Source: Phoronis australis (taxonomy: Eukaryota; Animalia; Phoronida). Taken from it: a stretch of DNA of 64,000 nucleotides. The stretch covers positions 1 through 64,000 of the forward strand of contig NMRA01000291.1 in assembly GCA_002633005.1 (NCBI GenBank), in the 5' to 3' direction. A program made the translations under genes and the position numbers. Shown here in pieces: positions 1 through 12,900 of this stretch. Under the pieces are notes generated by a model. It worked only from the letters and a program-made list of their open reading frames with translations. It did not search any database and was not told where the DNA came from. The stretch's first letter is position 1. Every line of letters starts with the position of its first letter.

Positions 1-75
1 CTGACAAAAATCTCAGCTCGCATTTCCAAATTTCAGGTCGCAAATGCGACCTGCAGCTCGTTATGTCGAGCCCTG
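1..75. mobile_element. Right end of a CAGGGCTCGAC-type hAT-like non-autonomous element
   Basis: Near-identical to 38358-38432; ends in GTCGAGCCCTG. Confidence 0.8.
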
Positions 76-764
76 AACCAGACATTCTTACAAGACAAAA
101 TCTCAACAAAGTTGGTCGAAAATGAAAAGTGACAGGGACAGCTGGACAAATTGTTGAATTAGATGAAAAAGTGGCATGTAGACAGACAGCCAGAATTCTC
201 ACTACTTCCATTACCTGGCACCTTGTCAACAATGAAACAAAAGATTATTGTTTAATGGAGGTATTGCAGAAAATCTCCTAACGTAGTGGTCACTAGGCAA
301 TGGGACATCCTAACCCAGATTAGAAAGAAATCTTAATAACCAGAGTATTTGTCTGAGTTGGAAGAATGTAAATACATTGACTGTGTCCAAAGGTGTTTTG
401 CTATGCTTGAAAGGTACCTATACCACATGGATTTGATGGTTTAGTCAGTGTCAGGCCTAATTTGCAGAAAAGCTTCCACTTTATGACGTCCCTATCGGAT
501 GACCACCGTCTGTGCCAGCTTCCCTGGCCCAGTTCAGATGGTGGTACACTCTAAGTAACCATGGTGTCATCTCAACATAAACACACACACAAAACAATCA
601 AATTACACAGTTGCACAGGAAGCAAGGAATTAAGCAGATGGTGTAAACCATGTTAATTAGCAGTGGGCTCAGCCGAGTGATCTGATGTGTTCATTACAGC
701 ATTGCCTAATGAGTGATAGAAATGCCTTCCTTTTTCATTTCAGGTTGCGGATGGATTGTCTTAC

Positions 765-912
765 CTTTGAGCACCTCTTCTTCGACGAGCCAATTTGATC
801 CATGTGTCAATGTCTGTTGGATTCATTTTCAGAGTGGCCTCCAGTTCATCAGCGTGATTATTGGACAGCATGAAGTAGCGAACATCACTATGTGGACCAC
901 CATCGTCCGCAT
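765..912 (-). CDS. ZFC3H1: ZFC3H1 exon 18 (DVRYFMLSNNHADELEATLKMNPTDIDTWIKLA)
   Basis: Conserved DVRYF...LEA...NP...W.KLA; donor AG|GTAAGA; 148 nt, phase 1-2. Confidence 0.88.
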
Positions 913-3900
913 CTTCAACATAAATATAGGATCATTTCAGCCTTAATTCTGTGCAACTTTGAGTATTCTCGTTGTTCATGGTATTCACAACTGTATAAGG
1001 CAACCAAGGATACATTACAGCTCTGTCAAAACAAAATCATCAGGTTCCTACAGAACGTCCACTCTAGAACTCATAATGCAGCTTCCAAATTCTACTAAGT
1101 TAACATTCTCCCAAGTTAACACTCGACCAAGTGTTAACAATCGACCAAGTGTTAACACTCGGCCAAGTGTTAACACTCGGCCAAGTGTTAACACTCGACC
1201 AAGTGTTAACACTCGACCAAGTGTTAACACTCGACCAAGTGTTAACACTCGACCAAGTGTTAACACTCGACCAAGTGTTAACACTCGACCAAGTGTTAAC
1301 ACTCGAACAAGTGTTAATATTCAGCAAAGTATTAACACTCGGCCAAGTGTTAACACTCGACCAAGTGTTAACACTCGACCAAATATTAACACTTGATCAA
1401 GAATTAATACTCGACGAAGTATTAACACTCGACCAAGTATTAACACTCGACCAAGTTAACACTCGACCAAGTTAACACTCGACCAAGTTAACACTCGACC
1501 AAGTATTAACACTCGACCAAGTGAACACTCGACCAAGTTAACATTCGACCAAGTTAAGACTCTGCCAAGTTCAAATTCTCCCTTTTCTTTCAGCTACTTT
1601 TCATTAAGTTCGCATGATGTACACCGTTTTTCATGTTTCAGCTCCTCGATGCTCCCTCCATATAAGACTTAGGACATCTCACAGATGCAACACTCGCAGT
1701 GTCACTGCTTCATTGCCAATTCCCTACTGCATAACGTTTAGCCAGGCATCATTTCATAATAGTGTTATTCAAGCCTGGAATGGACTTCCTGACGTCTGAC
1801 TACCAACATTTTTTCAATAAATAGTCTAATACAAAGGGTACACATGGTGTACCTAATTATTGGACGCACCCTAAATATCAGACATTTCATAAAATGGCAC
1901 TTGAAGCATAATCTAAAAAATAAATGACACCAATTTTTGTTCCACTGTAATGTATTCAATGTCCGTCACTCTCTCGTTTTTTACAGCGTTCCCTTGTTTT
2001 GATTTCACCGAGAAAGGGTGCAATTTAGACCCCCAAGTTGGCCTAAAATAGACGATCACATAAATCGGTTGTAAAAGTTGAAATCAAAATCTTTTTCCAC
2101 AATGAAGTAACCTAAATGAACTGACAATATATCACTGTTTCATAACTCAAGTCAAACCTCGGCCGCACACGTGCTATGAAGTCATGAGCATAATCACCAC
2201 GTCAAGACAGCAATGTCACAATCTTATCTCAATATAGCTTGCGCTATGAAGTCAAAAGTAACAGAAAAATATCAAAATAAAGCTCACTCCAGAAATTTTT
2301 CATTTCAGCATAGTAAGGTATTATTGAAAAGTTGGACTTTTAATACTTACGAAAAAATTCAAGCATGGCACAATATTGAAACTACAATTGAAAATAACAA
2401 ATTTAAAAAACGCAATCTTTTTGAGTTTTTCTTCAAATATTTACATTATGTTTAAAGAAATTTGGCCATGCTACTGATGATACCATTGTTTTGCAATGAA
2501 CATTCCTTTCCTTTCCCCTACTTAGAACACATGGTCAAGTGACTGTGAGACTGGTATAAAGTTCGACAGTTTAATTCTTCATGCTTCCTACTTTCCGAAA
2601 ACTTGTATTTTTAAAGAGATAAATTCTTTAGACTTACAAATATTTGGCTAAATGAAAAGACTTACCTTTCTTTAGGCTGACAAATATTTAGCTAAATGCC
2701 AAGGCTTGCCTGTAAGGTACCTCATGACCTTAGCCACGACATAGGCCGAACTCCAAGTCACGTAAATAGCTACGTACCATTCACTTCTTCTGAGTACGAC
2801 GCAACATACTCGGGGACAACTGCAGGCTGTGTGTCAACTGCTTTAGACACAGGGCGCCACCTTCTGGCATCAGTAAACATATTGTACGGGTAAACATGGC
2901 CTGAGTGACCGTTGACTTTCTTTGCCAGCTTCTCGCACATGAAGTCGAGGCTTTTGCTCGACTTGTACACCTGGTAGAATTGCTCTGCATAGTCCACTGA
3001 AAGATGAGAGCAGGTGCTCTTGTATTGAATCCAATTTTTTTAATCAGAAGATAACTATGCCGTGTACGGTAACTCAGTTATCATGAGTATGCTTTGTAGT
3101 CTGACAGCACATACATCTTGTACTGTCTTGAAGTATAACTTTTTACCCCATTCATATCTTGTAATGATTTACACTGTGGAAATAAGGGTTTACAAAAAGC
3201 AAAGCATTATAAAACATGCGTCATATTTCATGATAACGGTTATTCTTCACTTATTAAGAATGAAATATGACAGAGAAGTGGAATTTTCTTAATATGTTAA
3301 ATTTCTCCACAAAAATAAACGTATAGAACACCTTAGTCTATTACAGGCATAGTTTGCGGTGTGTAAATGTCATATCAAGACAACATATGCAGAAATTCCA
3401 ATCATTTTCAAAAACAGACAACCAGCCTTTGAAAAATGGAAAACGATCATTATGGTAACTATGTTTGTGTGTAATAAGTGGAGACCTACTGTAACAGTTA
3501 TTGAGACAATATCCAAGACTTTGACAGAACATCAAAGTCACTTCATTGCAATTAACTGTTAAAATAGTAGCAGAATTAATTACTTGGTGGAATTCCCAGA
3601 ATTCCGCCAAGTATGTTGGTCTGACAGCAAGTTTTTTTTTTTTTTGTTTGTTCGCTCTCTACAGGTCACAATTTTCGTCCGATTTTCACGAAATTTGCAC
3701 ACAACGTGTAGATCAGGAAGTACTGGAACGCTATTGTGTTTTGGTCATGTTCGGATACAAAATGGTGGACGTGGCGGCCATTTTGTACCTGATTTCACAG
3801 TCAAATAATCGTAGAGGCCGCATTTTTCGACGTACATGGCTGAAAATCGGTACGATTATACTAGAACGCATGTGCTACAAGTGTGCAGAAAATCGTTGAC

Positions 3901-6900
3901 TTCCGGTCAAAGATGGCGAAAATATTGCACCCCGAAATATGGCCAAAAACGTTTTCTCCTGTAGAGGGCACATTTGCAAACCAATCACTTTCAAACTGGT
4001 CACATGTTTGTTGAATTTAATAAGCTTTTATAAAAAATTATTGAACCGGAAGTCACTTTCAAGATGGCGGCTGTGGCGCATGTTCACACGATTTCAATCG
4101 TTCTGGTGTCGCATTTTTAACGGGAAGAGCAAATGACGTGAATTTTTGCATGTGGATTCCTTGAAGTATGGCCTTTCAAAAAGTCTGCGAGAGCGTATTT
4201 CTCAGACTTACCGTTTTCGAGTTATTTGACTTTGAATTTCAAAAAAACGTCAAATTTTCAATTTTTCGAAAATTTTTTGGATTTTTGCCAAACTACCACT
4301 TTAGATAGAGTTTTGAACGGGCTTTCAGAAGATATTTTCCATTTTGCGCAACGACGTCTACTTTTTGAATTATTCGAGATTTTCGGATACCATTGTTCCT
4401 TCGGTCACCTATGTAAGCACGCAGCTGGCTGGCTTTCAGTTCACTTTGTTTTGGTTATGTCTGTACAAGTTAACAGAGAGTTGTGACCCTGACTGACCCA
4501 GCTAGCACTGTCGTACTGTAGACTGGAATTCCAGGCCAAATACTATTGTAAACATAACTTTGCTCTGCAGACTGTCACATAGTGCCACCTATTTTGGATT
4601 GTGGGAACAAAGCATGGCTCGTCCGTCACGTTGCGCCATCTATTGTTCGTTATTGTAGTTCATTATATGCTCTCTATTTGATTTCTTCGCTAGTCACATG
4701 AATGTTATCGTGTTATTCATAATTGCTGCCTTCATCGTCATGATTGTCGTCGTCCTCCCCATCGTCGTCTTTTCGATTCCGCCAAGTGTCGCTCCTCCGA
4801 GCGCTCTCGTTATCTTATTGGAAATTTGGTAATGATCAGATATAACGTGCCCAAATTTTAAGAACAGTTTTCTGCATTGAATAACGGGCATCAAACTGGT
4901 TCTCAAAACAAGGGCATTTTTTATCAGACTATTGCCGAAAATTCCGTGTATATGCTGTATGTTGATTATTTCCCTAATTATGAAACAATTACATTGGCTG
5001 ACCACCTGACCTACCCAATGACTTCTCCATCTGCTCTTCACTATCGGTGTGTACATCTATGGCTGCGGGGTCGTAGGACAGGAAATCAACCAACACATCC
5101 AGATCCTTCATCTTCATACCAGCATTGTGTTGCCTGCAATGAATGTTGATGAGAAAACGTCACTAAAATATGAATCATAGCAGGATAGTTGTGGAGTCAT
5201 AAAATTGGAAGTCAATGTAAAACGCCAAATTGTTTGTCTTGAACCAACTTCGTGTTGCACAGAAACACTATTAACATTTTTTGATGCACAGCTAAAGTAT
5301 AAACCTTAACAACGTGATCACAAGTTTTATCTAACACACGTTAACTAGTTTCAATACCAGTAACTTTTTAATTTAAATATTAAATGGTTTAATAATTTGC
5401 TTTACAGTCAGTAAAACATGATTTCTTCACGACCTCACTTTTCCCTACAAGACGACAGAATTTTTGTCCAAATTGTCATGATAATAAATGCAATAAAAAT
5501 CAACGACAGAAGGGAAACAAAACCTTACCATGGACATTTGTCATCATTGCATGAGCCCATCAAATCAAATCGGCATAGCAACTGTTTGGGATTGATCTTG
5601 TTTGCATATGTTCTAGAGGAGATCTTCCCACGGTAATGTTGACTGAACCTGAAATGGACACGTAGTCACAAATCTATTTACTTCAAATCAACAAATCAAC
5701 AAGATCACAGTTGAAGTCACCACTACATATAGCCTGAGAGACTCCTCCCCCCTCCTCCATTGTAGGGATTTGAAGACAACTGCCTAGAACAGCCTCCCTT
5801 AAAATTTGGACTGACATTTCCACTCAACCAGTGACCCTACTATGCAATTGACATCCCCTTTGCAATTAGAACTACTAGCATGGCTACTTCTAGCTAATGT
5901 TAAAGGAAAGGGAAGTGTGTGTGATTGTGATACATGTTGAATGTATTAACAAAAATTTGCAAACAAATGTTGTCAGTAAGAGAACTACAAAAATGGGAAA
6001 AGTTTTAATGAAATATATTAAAGTAATCGACGGAGGGAGCCAACTATTACATGCAATGGATACTTTATACATTTATAATGCACAATCTGTCAGGTGGTGG
6101 CTCAAATTACAACAGAAACTTTCAGCTAGTACACAACCACAATACACAAGAATGGGGACCCTGGGAAATTACGAGGGGCGACACCATACACCAGTCACAA
6201 TCACACCTAGTGAATAAAGTAAGACAACATTAGAGACATAGAGCAGACATGAACACAGCCAGTGAACAAAGTTAAGTAACAATAGAGACATATGCCAGAC
6301 ATCTAATGAATAAAGTAAGACACCTACCGATAAGCTTTGAAGTGATTCAGGCTGCTGTTATACTTCTGAAACTCACTGTCTTGTGCTGCTGCACGTGACT
6401 CACCAAACAAACTATCAATGACTGAGTTACTGATCTGCAAAACAAATTGGTAATTAGTGCGGGTGCACTACAAAAGGCACATCAGAACTATGCTAACTGA
6501 GGTCAACTGAGGTCAACTTCAATTACCCATCATCCAACACCATGACTGAAACTTTTGTGAAGAGAAAGTCGATTTCAAAATCTTGTCTAACCATAAAAAA
6601 AACTCGAAAAAAGAAGATCATAGAAGAACATTGTAGAAAAGATCGTGAAAACAAGATTCTGAAAAACGTAGGCACGTGGCCTTATACCTCCTGCTGAGCA
6701 TGTGCACTTAGGCCACACCACTAGGTCTATTGCACCGACCACCTGGTTACGACTTTTTAAAGAGGACTGTATCATAGGATTAGCTGTAAACAATCAGCAC
6801 AGGTACAGAAAATCAAACAGAATTGTGCAAAGGTTCACAGAAACACATTAAACCCAATTCTTGTTCAAGCTAAAATTGCAGCTTGCCTAGCCGATACAAC

Positions 6901-9900
6901 TGACATCCAACGCACATTTTTAGATAACAGTGTCACACCATATTCTCAGACAGCATATCTTAAAATTGAGTTTGTGATACACAACTGTTTCATAATCAAC
7001 AACTTAATTGCTCATATCATAAGCAACAACCTAATTGCTCATATCATAAGCAACAACCTAATTGCTCATATCATAAGCAACAACCTAATTCCTCATATCA
7101 TAAGCAACAACTTAATTGCTCATATCATACCTCAAGAGCACTCTTGTCTGTTGAGCATACAGTATTCACACAGTCCTTTGGAGATAAAACTAACAAAGTC
7201 CTCTCTTTCAACAACGTTTCAATGTTGTTACGCACGTTCAGCTCCGGAAGCTTGATAATTGCACTCTCCGTTTTCTTGGCCTCGCTTTTACACATTTTAC
7301 TTTCCTCCACAAACTCAGGCACCATATGGGGATTTTCATCAATAAAGGAGTGCCTCTTTGGCAAATCTGCGAAATCTGAATCAATATTGACATCGACGAC
7401 AATCTTTTCAGCAGTTGCTGGTTGTAGGGTCACATTTAAATCTTGCGAGAGGCTGCGCCGCACTTGCTCGTGGGCTTTTTGTGACACACTCTTTTTTCGT
7501 GTCTTCACTTTCTGTGCCTCTTTAAGTTTGCGAATCTTTTCGGCAAACTCCCTCTCCAGCTTTTGAAGACGTAGCTTCTCTTTTTCTCGAGCCGTGAGTT
7601 TTAGTTTGGGTTTCTGTTCAACACCACTAGATTTCTTTGGTTTGGCCTGTAACTTTGGTTTTTTAACATCCTAGAAATAAAAAAATGAAAAGGACTGGAG
7701 GTCAAATGCAAAAACATTAATTAAGATTTTTTATTTAGACACTTCTTAATGAAGATGACACTACTCACTACGTGAATTATGGGACTAGAGTTTTCTTTAC
7801 TATTAGCACCCAGAGGAACATCATTAGGCAAACCCCCTTCCAACAAAGGGAAGTTAATTTTTTCTCTGGCAATCTAAAAGAACTGAATTAAGATCGTCAG
7901 TCATAATTTCCAGAAAAATTCAAAGCTACCCAAAAAACAGAGTGACCAACTGAAACCAGACCAAGGAGGCTGGTGGTAACTGTGTTCAGTATTATTGAAA
8001 TCTTCATTTTAATTGACACACCAGTCTACAAAACAACATTTAAATCATAATTCATGCCTCACAAATGTCATTCTCATCACCTCCATCACCATTAGCACCA
8101 CTCACAGTGGCAGTAAAATTTCAACAATTACTGACAGGAGTAGTTGCCAAAAATTGGTCTTTTTCATTTTCAGAGAGTTTTAAAATTGTTGTTCATACTC
8201 TAAGGTTATCTAAAATCTTGCTCACAAATATTGTTCGTTTGTGCAAAATGTCATGTCTTGCAAAATACTTAATTTTCATTTTCGAGGAACTTCAAATATG
8301 AAAGGTATGTAATGTGTAGCAAGAAAAAAAATTTTGCAGAACCACCTTCAGCCACACAAAATCTGTTCACAGCTTATTCAAGTTCAATGGTTAGAGAGCT
8401 GCAACTCAAACCAAATCTCCTGCCAGGTATGAACAGTTCCCACAATTCATGGTAACTCAATTCACAGTGATTGCTTGGTCAAATTAGTTAGAAACACAAC
8501 ACATAGCAACGATATGAACATGAAGTACGTTGAAAATTGCCAAATGTTTTTTAAGAATGAGTTTTGTATCAGAAATGATCTGCCGTAAATCACTCAACCG
8601 TGTCCAGTAAGTATCGTGACATGGTGATGGTGAATAACATTGCATGATGCGGGCTATGTGAGCACACAAGGTACGTCATTAGTGCAAAGATCGCCTATTT
8701 GAAAATTATTTTGTTTTCACATTTACATGTTGTCAATGAATACAAATTCACTTTGTTTAGCATAGATGATGATCAAATAACATTGTCGTTTAGTTCCTGC
8801 TGTACATTAGCATAGTTAGGAGCATGCAAATACATCTTTAACTACTAAACACCTTGTCTCATACCTAGGTATGTAATACAACTTAAAACTTGTGAATAAT
8901 TGATTTGGTGCTATTTTTTACAAAAAATAGGAAGCCGCAGATTTGCCTACAGTGCCCTAAACTGATAAGACTTTACCATAATGTGGTCCTTACTTTTGAT
9001 GGTGTTGTCTTCTCAGCTGACCTCTTATCACCCGCTTTCTTAGCACCAGATACATCGGGAGGAGGGATTTTAACACCAGCTTCACTTAACTTAGACTGAA
9101 GGTCTTTAACAACTTTTGACTTCTTGTCTGTTGCTTGTTTAAACTCAAGAGCCTAAAAACCACAAAACATAAGTCTCTGTAATTGTATAACATGCACAAG
9201 TCGAATCCAACCAGATAGGTTTTATCGCCGCGAGGCGAAATCTGACATTCGGAAAGTTTGAGTGCATTAACTAAATAAACAACTACTACAGCACGGAACT
9301 TTGTCAACTTAGACAAAGATATGACTTGCAGTGGCGGATTTAGAGGGGGACCAAGATTCCATTAGGCAGTACAGGGGTGCGATTGTCTGTCGGGCAAAGT
9401 CCTGGCTAATACTCTGCCCTGCCCCCCCCCCCTAAATCAAAATCCTGAATCCGCCCCTGACTTGCATGTATCTAACTTAAACAATTTTTACAATATTTAA
9501 CGTCTTGTAATATTTTGTTTACTTCAACTCGTGCTGGTTACTGATGAAACGTTAGTGGTTCTAGAAATGGAAATTGTTGACAACCACAGAGGAAAACCAT
9601 AGGATTGATTTGAATGTATTCAGAAGAGAACATAAAAATTAGTAAGGCATGATTAGGAAAACTTGCCAGACACAATGTTTGTCAGAAAAATCACCAATTT
9701 CTGAAAAAGGATATTTTATCTATGTATTCTATGAAAACCATGGCACTGCTGCATACACAGCAAATGGCATGCCAAAAGTATTCGGATTCAAAGAAAATGA
9801 CCCAGAATTCCCCATAATGATGGTTAAGTCCTAGCAGAGCTTTAGAAAAATAAGAAAACATGAGTTTAATCACTCAAATGTAAGCCTGTCAAATGACAGG

Positions 9901-12900
9901 TGAATTCGCCTTTAGTGCCATACAGTCACTGGGAGAACCCAGAACAAACAACAAAAGGCCGATAACAGTTGTATTGAATAGGGGTCTGAATAGAACACCA
10001 TTGCATGCGGGTGTTTGAATTAAAAGGTGATTCTCGGGTGGCATAGACAAAAGCAAGCCAATAAGCCTAGCAGTTCGTTACATTTGGCAATTTATGGCAC
10101 TGTGGGCTCAGCACATTGCTTTTAACTTACTGTAAGAATCAAATTTACAGCTGTTACTGTTCAACACAGGCGTTAACAAGATATCTAGCAAGGTGGCACT
10201 TAGAAGTTGTTTAGTCCAAATACTCATTATTAGTAATTTTTGCTGTCAACAGAATTAGCTGTCAGGACAGGGAAACAATATTTTGTCTGATTACTTTAGT
10301 CTTGTACAGTAATATACCCTGACAATCCAATGCCTAGTGTTACCTGACGCTCCAGCTTATGGATATACTGTTTATTAGCATTCACTAGTTTCTCAGCTGC
10401 GATCAGTTGTTGCCTCAACATCTCCACTCGCTCCTCTGTAGTCCTCAGCATCACCTTACGCTTTTTGATGTGACCAACCATGATGGATAGTTCCTGCTTC
10501 TTATCCATTAGCTCGGCTCTGGAAGAAAGAAACGATCGAGATTCACAACTACCGTAATAGCCAACAAAAACCATTACCATACAGATCTTCAAATTCTGTT
10601 GGACAGGCCCAACATAGCTGACAAAAAATGTAATGTGCCATCATCCACAGGCAATCTGTGATCATGGCTTTTAGCATCATTTGAACATCTCATCACAAAA
10701 CAATGGCAACGGCATATTGATCAAAGATTAAAAAAATGCCGTGAAATGCCTAGACTTGAAACCTCCAGCAAACTAAAAAATAATGTTTCTTTTCCTCTCC
10801 TTAGAGATATTACTTCAGACATATTTGCAGAGAAGAGAAAGTGATGGAAGGTGATAATGTAGGAAACATGTTAAAGAAATGTACCCACCTGCGTCAGTGA
10901 AACTGGCAATTGCTTCCAGAACTTAACATCATGGAAGATACATTTTCTAAATACAACATAAAAAATCTTTTTTGCCTTGCACAAGGTGATAGTTCATGAT
11001 AGGCGGTATATGTCAACTCACCTTTCCTTTACAAACTTTTGTTCCAAACGTTTATTAAGTACGATGCCGTCTTCTGCTTTCCCTGCATTAGATTCACCAC
11101 TGTTTTCTTTTTCTTCCAATTTCTTTGCACCAGAGACCGTTTCTGCGGTTTGTTTTTTCTGTAATTTTACATAATTTAACAATTACTCTTTCTTGAGCTG
11201 AATCTTATATCACCGGACTAACTTAACACTGTTTGCTAAATTATGCCTGTTTTCAAAATACAACATGATATTGAAAAGTATAGAAACTATGCAAAGTTCA
11301 CTTCGTTCAACACAACAGATTTTTAATGGGTCTTTAATCTTACCTCCACTGACTCCCGAGCAGACTTCAAAAAACTGTCCAAACCGCCAAGCAAACCGGC
11401 CGACATTCTAGGTGCGGTCCCGTCCTCTTCTGCGCTGTCTTCAGAATCATCGCCAAGTGGAATCACAACAGTCGGATGACGCGGAATCTGGTATTTAAAC
11501 AGTAGACAGCTCATGCACCAATCAAGAAGAGCTTTAACAAAATTATTCTGTTATTTTTAAAAACTCAATCCCCAATATTAAAAACATACTTTTGAGTTAG
11601 GCCACCTATAAGTTACAGTAAAATTAATATCAACTTGTATGATACATATAAATTAGAAGAGATTGCTGACAAATCGTTTTTTAAGCAAGAGACTGAAGTC
11701 AACAACTTTGAATTCAAAGTTTTTCGTGCACAAAAAGACATACAGCGAACAATAACATGGGGTAACTTTGGTTCTGTGTTCCTTATCTGACCACTAGATG
11801 GAGATACCAGTAAGTACTTAGCCACTTAAAAGCTCCATAAACCGACCACAAGACAGTTTTGTAAACACCATCTAAAACAATATTATCTTCTACAATTGCA
11901 ATTTTTGCTGCTTGAATTGGACATTTTCTAGTAAGAAAATTCCCAGCCCAACACAAGCAGTATATGTGGCAATCCCAAAGGAGCTTGAGAACACTCAGCT
12001 AACTGATGGCATGTGAAACATAACTTTACCTACTTAAGTGGAGCCTGGTTAATGTCATACCCTCGGTTTTAACATTAATTATGATAATAAGTGTGATATT
12101 CCATTACTGGGGCTTCGACTAGGTGGTGACCATAACCATTCTTATGAACTAATCATGCCAGAGAGTGGAGTCCCAGAGTAGACAGGCAACGACTGATTTT
12201 AGCCCCGGCACCGAGATCCGATAAGGGAAATGAATTTAAGATAAATTAGGTTATTGTTTAGACAGAACAGCGAAGGTAGAAATTCTCACATTAAGTGGAG
12301 GAGAATCAATTTTGCTGATTTTTAGTGAAAATATTCCGGAATATGACAATAATGCATATTATTTTACATGGGTTTAATGGGTAATGATTTGTTTTTCGAC
12401 ATTTCAGGACAGTAACCAGGATATTTAATCATACGGTATGAAATTAAGTGGGCTCCACTGCAGTACAGTAACATCATTAGGCCTCGTGATTTAAACTTAC
12501 CAAGACAGGCCAGTTAGGCTTTCTGTTGCTGTTCTTTGTGGTCGTGGTCGTGGCCGTGGCCGTGGCCGCTGGGCGTGGCTCAATAGGGGACTCAGTGCCG
12601 TTATTCTGTTGCTGAAACAAAGTGTACTGCTTGAATTTAAATGTGCCAATGCACAGGGTCTGACCTCTGCAATAATTATGTCAAAACATCCTGAGACTAA
12701 TCATACATTGACTTCAATGTCTAGAAAAAAATTAGCCAATTGATCTATATGTGTGATATGCCATTAAGCCACAGAGCCCACAACACCAGTTTTGAGTTTC
12801 TAATGTTTGACCTCTGTCCTCCAGATTAGGATAAAGCCATTAGCCATCACAATGAAGTACTGTACTGCTTAGCCTTCTAAATACACAAGTGTGAACTAAT

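Noticed and set aside
959-1475. Repetitive ORFs (VNTRPS)n, (LTLGRV)n, (VLTLDQ)n
   Set aside because: Translations of an 18-bp intronic minisatellite; no support as exons
6990-7129. Regular short repeats as a CRISPR-like array (also 1096-1570)
   Set aside because: No unique spacers; eukaryotic intron; plain tandem repeats
7144-7566. 140-aa plus-strand ORF
   Set aside because: Antisense shadow of ZFC3H1 exon 13
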